This document shows, piece after piece, positions 53,940 to 64,000 of a stretch of DNA of 64,000 nt. The first letter of the stretch is position 1, and each line of letters opens with the position of its first letter. This stretch comes from Octopus bimaculoides. Lineage: Eukaryota. The notes below the pieces were generated by a model, which was not told the origin of the DNA, ran no database searches, and was given only the letters and a program-made list of their open reading frames with translations. The position numbers and the translations under genes were made by a program. The DNA lies in assembly GCF_001194135.2 (NCBI RefSeq), contig NC_068991.1:15073173-15137172 (forward strand), given 5' to 3'.

Positions 53940-54350
53940 AATGAGCGGAGAGAGAAAGGAGGAGAGGCGGGAGAAAGAAAGAATGATAGGAAGGAAGGGT
54001 GGAGAAGGTGAAAAAAGAGAGGTGTATATAGTAATATAGAGAGAGGGAGATGATAAGAGTTAGCGACAGGGGAAAGAGAAGAGTGATGAGAAAAAGATTA
54101 TAGAGAGGGGTGAAGAGACATGCAGCATGGAGTGAACAGTGAGGGAGACACAAGACAGACATAACAAAAAGGGAAAGTGAAGAGGAGAGCGACAAGACTA
54201 TAAGAGGGAGATGGTGAGGGAGAGTCTATAAAGACAGAGCAAGAAATAAGGGGGTGCAAGGAAGTGTGTGTGTGTGTATGCATGTATCTATCTATATATA
54301 TATATATGCGAGAGAGAGAGAGAGAAAGAAAAATGAAAGAGACACAAATT
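53940..54350. repeat. Purine-rich (GA) tract at the start of intron 1 (CT-rich on the transcript)
   Basis: Almost entirely G/A on the + strand. Confidence 0.8.
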
Positions 54351-54494
54351 ACAAGACGTGGTACAATATATATATACATATATATAATGAGGGGTAAGAG
54401 CTGAAAAAATTAAAAGAAAATTTACAGATGAGGTTAATAACCTTCACTCACACCTACCTGCACTGCTTCAGAAATGGAGACAGAAAACTATATA

Positions 54495-54532
<38 letters not shown>

Positions 54533-54557
54533 CTTGCAGAGAAGAAAAAACACTCAC

Positions 54558-57507
54558 CAGAGTCCGACTTGACATTCTTCAAACACGTATCACAAAGTTG
54601 ATGTAGACAAGGTAAAAGTTTGGGGGCTTGTTCTTTGAATCCTGACCCGCACATGGTACATGCCATGCCAGCCGCTTGTTGTTGTTGTTGTTGTTGAGTT
54701 AGGCTCTGATTGTTGTTGTTAATATTAGTGGTTATAGCACTGCTAGTAGTAGTGGTGGTAGTGGTGGTGGTACTAGATGTGGTGGTTGTGGTGGTGGTGG
54801 GGGTGATGGTGCTGACAGCGGCGGCGGCGGTGGTAGTGGCGGCGGCGGTGGTGGTGGTGGTGGTGGTGGTCGTCGTCGTGGTAGAGTTTTGATCCTGTGG
54901 TTGTTGTTGGGATTGATGGGGGTGGTGCCTATTGGTACTTGATCCTGCACATTCACCCCCATCGTCCGTTGGTTTGGCCGCAAGTGTCATTGTCAACGTC
55001 GGCGACGACAATGATGCTGCTGCTGATAGTGGTGCAGATGATGATGATGATGACGACGATGATGATGATGATGATGATGCTGATAGTTGCGACGTCGCAT
55101 CCGTCGCATCCGTCGCCGACAAGAGCGAACTTGTGGACGCTGTTAATGTCGACGACGACAATGCCGCTTGTTTTTGTGGTTGTTGCTGTTGTTTTTGTGG
55201 TTGTTGTTGTGGTGGTGGTGGTGGTTGTGCCGGTGGTGTCGGCGGCGACGGCGAGCCCGTTGCTGTCAGGTCAGCAACAACTACTTCGCCCGCTCCTCCC
55301 ACGACAACGACGCCAGGCGTAGTCGTAGTGTCGGCCGCCAGCACAGAAGCACTGCAACCACCTCCTGTCACGATGATGGCGGCGGAGGAGGAGGATGATG
55401 TCGTTGTCGCTACGGCCGCTCCGGCCACTGCTTTCTGTTGTTGTTGTTTGTCCACCGTGTTTTGTTGTTGTTGTTGTTGATGCTGCTGCAGTTGCTGTTG
55501 TTGCATATCTGTACTACTGGCAGTGGAAGATGATGTTGTTGCTGATGATGATGATGACGACGAGGCAGCGGCACCCGTTGCCAGGTTCGCACCTCCTCCT
55601 TCGACTCCACCATCACCGTCCGCCATAGAAGAAGACGAAGAACAAGAAGCAGAAGAGGTACGGCTTCCAATAATAGTAGTAGCAGTAGTAGTAGTAGTAG
55701 TAGCAGTAGTAGTACTAGTGTTGTTGTTGTTGTTAAGGTGACTACAACTACCACCACCGTTCGAGGCGGTATTGTCCTTTGCACTACAAGTTAATCCCGC
55801 CGACTTTACTATCGCCGATCCGTCAGCGGAACCAGCAGCAGCAGCAACGGTAACGCAGGAGGAGGAGGAGGCGGAGATGTTGCGGGTAGGAGTGGCGTCG
55901 CTGTTGATAGTGCTGCTGATGGTGGTGGTGCTGGCTGTGGTGTTCGTGGTAGTGGTGGTGTTGTCGACGACGACAGGAGAAGTGGAAGAAGAAGTGGAGG
56001 AGGAGGCGGCAGGGGAAGAAGAGGCAGCCGTGTCGACAGCGATCGCGCTTATGCTGCTGACGGAGGCGGCAACGCTGGCAGAGTGTGTGACGATGGTGGA
56101 AGCAGTGGTGAGGGAGGAAAGGGATGAGGAGGCAGAGTCGGTCGTGGTGATGGTGGTGGGAGCGGCGGTGGTAGCGGCAAGAGTAGAGGAAGAGGAAGAG
56201 GAAAAGGCACAGGAAGAAGCAGCGACTGCGTTATTGTTGTTAGAGATGGAGTGGACGGGGACAGAAGCGGAGAAGGAGGGGGAAGCGGAAGGGGAAGAGT
56301 CAGCAGTGACTGCGTTGTTGTTGGTGTTGACGGCGGCGGTGAGGGAGGGAGGAGGAGAAGAGAGAGGAGTGGAAGAGGAATGGTGAGTGGAGTGAGAGGA
56401 AGATGCAGCGACTACGTCGTTGTTGATGATGATGGCGGTGGCAAGGACGGCCGAAGACGAGGTGGATGGGGAAGGAGGGGAAGTGACAGCTAGAAGAGCA
56501 GTGTCGGCGTTGTTAGCGACGACACGAGAGGACGAGGAGGAGGAGGAAGTAGAAGAAGAAGAGAAGGTTGAGGCACGGGAAGTGGAAGTGTTATGAGTGA
56601 TGGTTGTAGTGGTCGTGTTGGTGGCGGCGGCGGCGGTGAAAGTATCATCGTCGGCAATGTCGTTTACGGTGGCGGTGGTGGCGGCGGCAGAGGCTGCAAC
56701 GGCAGCCTCTTGTTGTGTTTCTTGCTGCTGTTGTTGTCGTCGTGATGTCGTTACGGCAGCGGCGATCGACACACGAGAGAAGTTATTTTCACTATCGGCA
56801 TTGCTTTCATCACCACCAACAACATAACCACCATCGCTCATTGTCTCGTAAGAAGTTCTTACACCGCCGGTCGACATACTATCATTGATGCTGCTATTAT
56901 CATCATCATCATCATCATTACTATTATTATTATTATTATCATCAGAAATAACATCATTTTCTTCATCTTCCACACTACCGCGACCTTGTTGTTTTTGTTC
57001 TTGTTGGTTCTGAGAGTGTTTATTATCGGTAATACTTACAGTCGAGATCGAACTCGTTAATAGATGATTACTTTTGCTGTCGTCAGTATTTTGAACGGAA
57101 TCGGTGGTCATTGCACCAGTTTCGACAATCTCCGTACAAGCTGCTGTTGCTGTTGTAATTGTTGTTATTGTTGACATGTCATCATAACAATCTGTCGTAT
57201 AATTAGTATTAATAATCATGCTGTCTCTGGAATTTACGGGTTCGCTTCTCCGTCTCTTCGGTGCCACCGGTTCATCGTCTTCGTCATCTGCTGCTGTTGC
57301 TGTTATCACCCCGGGGCCACTGTTAGTGTTGTTATTGTTGTTGTTGTTGTCGTGATCGTTGGTTTTAGCGGCCTCTGTAGTTATAACATTGTCGCTGTTG
57401 TTGTTGTTGTTGTTATTACTAATGGCCTCTTTGGTGACGGAATAACTATCTTCGGACGATAACGACGGCAGAGGTTTACCACGAAGATCGCCCTCACCAT
57501 GATCCAT
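54558..57507 (-). CDS. TRIM33: TIF1-family TRIM E3 ligase, coding exon A: ~949-aa low-complexity N-terminus plus RING residues C1-C6
   Basis: Open frame of 2950 nt from ATG at 57507 (context AAGAAGATGG, in-frame TAA 12 nt upstream) to CTMC...LLPCLHQLCDTC (RING C-x2-C...C-x-H-x2-C-x2-C). It ends at donor TCTG|GTGAGT (GT at 54557-54556), phase 1. The RING part is near-certain; translation of the whole N-terminus is inferred. The symbol is a family-level assignment. Confidence 0.8.
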
Positions 57508-59580
57508 CTTCTTGTTGGATTATATATCTATAAAGAGAAGAATAGATTATATATATGCACACACATATATATATATACATGTGTATATATGCCATAAATT
57601 TTAGAAAAAATTTGTTCGATTATATCGACGCCAAAGGGATGGAAAGTTAAAAGTTGACTTCGGCCAGATTCGAACTAGGAACGCAACCATTACCCGTATA
57701 CATACACATATAAACACTCATACACACACATATATATATATATATATATGCATGCACATACTCACACACGTGTATATATTCATATGTATACAAACATATA
57801 CATTCAGATGCATACAACACACACGCGCATTTTTTTGTTTGTTTTCTCTATTTACTGAAGTAGTATTATGTATATATAATGTGCCTAGAAATGTTTTTGT
57901 TTTATATATACATATCTTCTAAGCAGGAGCGAAAAGTGTTTTTGTGTGTTTAAATGTGTCAGTTATTTGTTCATAAGTGTAAGTAAAAATATATGTATGT
58001 ACACACGTGTGTGTATACATTGTGCAAAGTTTATGTATATATATATATTAAACTTTTAAATTTTTTTTATTGTTTTTTAATTTCCAAACAGAAGGCGCCG
58101 GCATTAGAAACGAAAAAGGGCGTCTTTGAGAGAGATTTGCTGACCACGTCTACATCACGAGGATGTAAATGATGATGGCTGATAATGAATAATCGTACAA
58201 ATTTCTTCTTCAAAGGCAGCGAATTTTACACGAATTACAGAAAGTTGGGATTAAGTGATGTTCATGCATTATTTTTTTCTTCTTCAAAGAAATATTCGAT
58301 GCCGTTTATTGAAATGGTATTTTGGATTTTTTCAACCAAGGAATCAAAAAACCAGATCGCACATTCGCTCTACCCAGCCCGTAGTATTCTGTGGAAACTT
58401 AAAAGATTTTTAATAGTAAATAAAAACAAATAAGGAATGTAGGGTGAAAGTGGAAATAGTTGAGAAGAATAAGAAGAAGATAAATGCAATTTTAGATCTT
58501 TATGGCGTCGGATAGTGTTCTGAATTACATACTTTAATGGCTCTAAAAAGAAAGGCATGACAAAATATCACACAAAAAAAAAATTGGAACGCAAAAGTAA
58601 AATGAAGTCTCCAGAAACACTTCATTCCTTATAATATATATGTATGGATGTATAACACATACACAATACTATGAATGAAATGCTATAACGGATATTTTAC
58701 ATATGTCTAAAAGTGTGTTTGCGTTTTTTAATGGAGGGATGGAATGGCTGATAATTTACATTGCCTATATATATATATGTATGTGTGTGTGTGTAATGTA
58801 CATTGCCTATATATATAAATATATATATGTAATGTACATTGCCTATATATATATATATATATGTAATCTACATTATATATATAAATACGTGTGTTGAATT
58901 TAAGAAGAAAAAGGAAATGTATAAACAGATAGGAAAACACCAGATGTACAGTAAGCAATAAGTTGCCTTAAAATATACAAAGAGAAATGGGAAGGAAATT
59001 CACTAATTACTTTATTTTTATTATATATATATATATGTATATATATATATGTGTATNNNNNNNNNNNNNNNNNNNNNNNNNNNNNNNNNNNNNNNNNNNN
59101 NNNNNNNNNNNNNNNNNNNNNNNNNNNNNNNNNNNNNNNNNNNNNNNNNNNNNNNNNNNNNNNNNNNNNNNNNNNNNNNNNNNNNNNNNNNNNNNNNNNN
59201 NNNNNNNNNNNNNNNNNNNNNNNNNNNNNNNNNNNNNNNNNNNNNNNNNNNNNNNNNNNNNNNNNNNNNNNNNNNNNNNNNNNNNNNNNNNNNNNNNNNN
59301 NNNNNNNNNNNNNNNNNNNNNNNNNNNNNNNNNNNNNNNNNNNNNNNNNNNNNNNNNNNNNNNNNNNNNNNNNNNNNNNNNNNNNNNNNNNNNNNNNNNN
59401 NNNNNNNNNNNNNNNNNNNNNNNNNNNNNNNNNNNNNNNNNNNNNNNNNNNNNNNNNNNNNNNNNNNNNNNNNNNNNNNNNNNNNNNNNNNNNNNNNNNN
59501 NNNNNNNNNNNNNNNNNNNNNNNNNNNNNNNNNNNNNNNNNNNNNNNNNNNNNNNNNNNNNNNNNNNNNNNNNNNNNNNN

Positions 59581-59615
<35 letters not shown>

Positions 59616-60559
59616 CACACACACACAAATATATGTGTATGTTTAACAACGGTGGATTTGCTTTCGTGAGGATAGAATAAGTTATGGGTGTTTTCATTTG
59701 GAGTTGTTTTTTTTTTATTTTAAGATGTAGACAACAAAATTAGGGGCACATGCACAAGGTCATACATAGATAGAAGAGGAGAGACAAGACAAGCAAGGCT
59801 CAAGGAGGATAACAAAACCGATTATCGATTTAAAGTTACAGGAAGGTTACGAAAGTACAAGAGTAACGCTAATTATGAAAGCGAGTTTCTTTAGTATCTC
59901 GGGAGAAGGGTACTTATTTATAAAATATATATATATATACATAAATATTAATGTGTTGATTGAAATAACGTGCGTCACACAAACGGTTTTAAAAATAAAT
60001 ATGCTACACATAATGGAAGAGTATACTAATGGATATAAATAAATATTTATTACTACTGCAGTTGTTAAACTGCAAGTTAACTATAATATATATATCATAA
60101 GCGTTTCAGCCACGAATTTCCTGTTCTTTTTTTTCTATCTTCTTAAGGTATTTGTGTACTCAGAATGACATTTTAATGTGTTCGTCCCTAATCAAAACTT
60201 AAGTAAAGTGATTTGAGGTAAATTTGGCAGTTGTTTTCTAAGCAGGTTAAGTTATAGAGAGGGTGGTTCTATTTTAATTAGTAATAGTTAGCTATTGTTT
60301 TCGTTCTAGCTCCATTTGATTACTAAAACTTATTTCGTTGTATCTTTTTCCTAAAGTTTTTTTTTTTCTGTGTCTTGTTCGCACTTACCCCTCGTACTCA
60401 ATTAATTAATTAATGTAACAATAATGAAATGGGGTATATCCATTTACGTACGCTACATAAACACACTCACACACATACATACATATATAATATATCTATA
60501 TAAAACTTTCCTGTTTTCGATGTCGGCAGCGTTTATCAAGTGAATTGTTTGTTGTGCTG

Positions 60560-61100
60560 GTTAATCACAATTCGTGATACCCAAAGCACGATTATATGTC
60601 AGCATAGCTATCCGAGGAGGCAAAAAGGAACAAGCAAGGCGGGGTGGGCGCCAAAAGATTGTGCGTAAGTAGACCACCAAAAAAAAATGACGTATATATA
60701 TATTATTGCAATTATCCGGAGTTTTTTTTTTTAATTAGTTACATAATTTAGGGGGAATTCATTATACATTACTAACTGTATGGTAATATCTTACTGCAAG
60801 TGTATATAAGCGAGGTATTAGTATAGTATTTTGCAGTTTGAGATATTTATCAAAACGAATAAACGAAGCCACTTTCAAGTTGACGTATAACTCTCTCAAC
60901 GTGGTGGGCGCGGCTAGGAAGTGTTTGACCCTAGATCTAATCGTACTCTAATTAGGACTGAACAATAACTTCAGGGAACGATCAGATCCTGAAAAACAAA
61001 AACAAAAAAATATCTAACAACGTCTTAACCTAGATTTGATCTCTTAATCACGCCTCGCTCAGTGGAGCAACCGTCTAAAACATTTGACTCATTAAGGCTA
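60560..61100. promoter_or_regulatory. Candidate promoter region
   Basis: CpG-containing, with GC-box-like GGCGGGGTGGG (~60638-60648) and E2F-type TTTTGGCGCC on the minus strand (60647-60656). It sits at the right edge of the CpG-retaining zone, ~3 kb upstream of the ATG. No transcript data. Confidence 0.35.
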
Positions 61101-62006
61101 TGTCCATCTAATTGGAATTTAAGGTGTTTAGTGTAAATGCGTCTGTTTTGTTTACAATTATGAATATTTTTGTGCCGTTTGTGTGTGTTACCTTTCTTTC
61201 TCTCTCTCCCTCTCTTTTTTTCTTCTGTCGCACTTTGTGTCTTTCTTTCGTTCTCTCTTCTTTTCTATATTTCAAGTTATCGCTCTTATTCTCCCTCTCT
61301 CTCTTTTATCTCTGTCTTTCTCCCACTTCCCTTATTACTCTTCATTCTTTCTCTTCCTCTTTTGCAAGAAGGAGAGGAGGTAAAGAAAATAACTGTATTA
61401 CCTCCCCTTAGCTGTTCACCTCTTCATCTTTCTAACTTCTGAATTGTCAGTTTCCCTTTGAAAATATATTTAATTCATTTATTTCCATATTTATTTTTTT
61501 TTGACAAACTACTTGTGTTTCAATTAATTGTTACAATAATGACAAATTTAGCAAATTAATTTTGTCCTTATTAAACAGGTGTTTACATCAAATTTAAACC
61601 GGAAATTTTATCTTGAAACCAGAAGTAGTTTTATATCAGAAGGGTTAAAGAAACTTGTTCTATTTAAAATTAATTCTGTAAATAATTAATTAGTTAATTA
61701 AAATAACCTACAAAGCCATTTTTCTGTCATTGTTATCAAACCAGAAGTTTTTTATAAAATAGTTTGATTTTTTTTTTTTTTTTTTAATCCAACAGATATA
61801 TTTACTGTTTAAATTCTTAAACATATTTTGGTAGAAAGACAAAGAAAATATAAAAATGATTTTAAATTATTGAGAATCCAGAATGTGAGTGAAAAGTATG
61901 TGACCAGCTACAAAGTTAACCTAACATTTTTTAAAATTTGCTGTCTTAAAAAATATAAAAGAAAGAAAACTGGATGATTTTGAATGCAAAGAAATATATA
62001 CATATA

Positions 62007-62386
62007 CTCTTTTACTTGTTTCAGTCATTTGACTGCGGCCATGCTGGAGCACTACCTTTAGTCGAGCAAATCGACCCCGGGACTTATTCTTTGTAAGCCT
62101 AGTACTTATTCTATCGGTCTTTTTGCCAAACCGCTAAGTTACGGGGACCTAAACACACCAGCACCGGTTGTCAAGCAATGCTAGGAGAACAAACACACAC
62201 ATATAGATATATATACATACATACGACAGGCTTCTTTCAGTTTCCGTCTACCAAATCCACTCACAAGGCTTTGGTCGGCCCGAGGCTATAGTAGAAGACA
62301 CTTGCCCAAGATGCCACGCAATGGGACTGAACCTGGAACCATGTGGTTGGTAAGCAAGCTACTAACCACACAGCCACTCCTGCGCC
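62007..62386 (-). mobile_element. tRNA-derived SINE family 1, full length
   Basis: Near-identical reverse complement of the 14369 and 5991 copies; ends ...CAGCCACTCCTGCGCC. Confidence 0.9.
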
Positions 62387-63732
62387 TATGTATATATGGA
62401 GTGTACAAGCATGTCAAAATATGTATGTATACATTATATATATATAAGGAGATGACAAAGGAACAAGATATATAGATATGTGGCACATTGCTGTACTGAA
62501 GAAGACCCGCACACCACAACAGAATTGAGATCCTAAAACCAAGGTACCATGTAAAAGCATTGGTGTGGGTGCTTGTGCTACATGAAAAGCACTCAGTACA
62601 CTTTATGGAGTGGCTAGTATTAGGGAGGGCCTCCAGCTATAGAAACTAAGCCAAAACAGACTATGGAACATGGTGCAACCCCTGGTCTTACCAGTTCCTG
62701 TCTTGCCATCCAACCCTGGCCAGCGTAGAAAATGGACATTAAATGATGATATATATATATATATATATATATATACCTACACACACACACACATATATCA
62801 AGAAAATACCATAGCTCCACAGAAGCTCCAGCCCACAATATCACTCAAAATGCTGAGTCTCTGACAGTCCCTTCTGGCAAAAGTATATTTGCAGCATACC
62901 TAAGACCACATCTCAAAGACTAGCCCTTCTTTCCAGCACCAGAAAATACTTCAGGCCCCAACAACTGTGTGAAATACTTCAGGGCTCAGACGAAATTCAT
63001 AATGGAATACTGCTCCCTCATCTGGGACGTATGTTAACACTATGTGACGATGACATTTGATGTTGAACAACCACTCCCAACCAAACAGGACTCATGGTAT
63101 AGATCATACTATTCATCCTTTTCATCACAAAATACATATGTGGCTTGCGAAATCTCCATTCAGGTGATTTTCCTCACCCTCCTACACCAATCCATCACAA
63201 GGTTACCCATTTACAGCTGAATGGACTAGAGCAGCCTGAAATGATGTATTTTACTCAAGAACACAACACATAGGCAGTCTGGGTATTGAAACCATGATCT
63301 TGCAATCATGGGTACAACACCCTAACCAGTAGACCATGCTGGTACACACTCAGATGTCCTAAACTACAGAAAGGCGACTCAAGTGACTGACACTAAGTCA
63401 CAAATAGACAAGCTCCAACATCTTTCTACTAATATAGTCTCTTCATCAGAGTTAGACTCGTACCTCTACTCAGGCACCCTCAACGCACTCATTTTTTTCC
63501 AACTTTGGTCATGCTACATACAGCTACCCATGTTCTGCACTAACCACTTTCAGCTTCCGTCTACCAAATCCACTCGCAAAGCTTTGGTCAGCCTGGGATT
63601 ATAGCAGAAGGCACTTGCCCAAGGTTTCATGCTGTGGAACTGAACTTGGATTCATGTGGTTGACAAGTTATCTCTTAACCACAGCCATGCCTGCACCTAA
63701 ATAGGTCTGTATACACACACACACACTCTTTA

Positions 63733-63945
63733 CTCTTTTACTTGTTTCAGTCATTTTGACTGTGGCCATGCTGGAGCACCGCCTTTAGTCGAGCAAATCG
63801 ATCCCAGGACTTATTCTTTGTATGCAAAAAGAGACCAATAGAATAAATACTAGGCTTACAAAGAATAAGTCCAGGGGTCGATTTGCTTGACTAAAGGTGG
63901 TGCTCCAGCATGGCCACAGTCAAATGACTGAAACAAGTATAAGAG
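63733..63945. repeat. Fold-back made of two opposed SINE family 1 3' ends
   Basis: 63733-63822 and 63857-63945 are ~90-bp reverse-complementary copies of the SINE tail. Confidence 0.88.
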
Positions 63946-64000
63946 TCAAGAGAATATAATCGAAACAACTTAATGGAAGTATGTCTGTGTGTATATATAT

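Larger units (their letters stand above)
12352..54557 (-). other. TRIM33: 42,206-nt GT-AG intron that splits the RING domain
   Basis: Canonical GTGAGT donor and pyrimidine-rich ttttcAG acceptor. The phases match (1/1) and the joined frame yields an intact C3HC4 RING. Confidence 0.9.

Noticed and set aside
54454-54557. C-terminal GECFFFSASKYIYIYI... of the 1017-aa ORF
   Set aside because: Read-through into intron 1 past the GTGAGT donor, including (TA)n.
54710-56827. Plus-strand and alternative-frame ORFs over exon A (polyV, polyM, polyP, polyL)
   Set aside because: They are shadows of the trinucleotide repeats in the real minus-strand frame and have no domains.

Overview
AT-rich eukaryotic genomic DNA full of microsatellites and interspersed repeats, with nine N-gaps (~3227-3841, ~4566-5148, ~6185-6494, ~13796-14338, ~17766-17965, ~24163-24603, ~27216-27274, ~41146-42138, ~59057-59580). 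The SINE families look like octopus (coleoid cephalopod) repeats; this is from recall, not a search. The window holds one recognisable gene, on the minus strand: the 5' part of a TIF1-family TRIM protein (TRIM33/TRIM24/TRIM28, Drosophila bonus type). Coding exon A (57507-54558) encodes ~949 aa of homopolymer-rich low-complexity sequence and then the first three quarters of a C3HC4 RING. A 42,206-nt phase-1 intron follows. Coding exon B (12351-10923) encodes the last RING Cys pair, B-box1, B-box2, the coiled coil, a poly-Ala and a 43-codon poly-Gln tract. The PHD-bromodomain exons expected in this family are not visible. The introns hold SINEs, decayed RTE, R4/Dong-like and Penelope retroelements, two mariner relics, hAT and TTAA-flanked MITEs, and several near-perfect fold-back hairpins. 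A CpG-retaining zone (~39-61 kb) covers the 5' end of the gene. I found no evidence for a new multi-gene system. The most unusual items are the very long low-complexity N-terminal extension, the long intronic hairpins and the CpG boundary.
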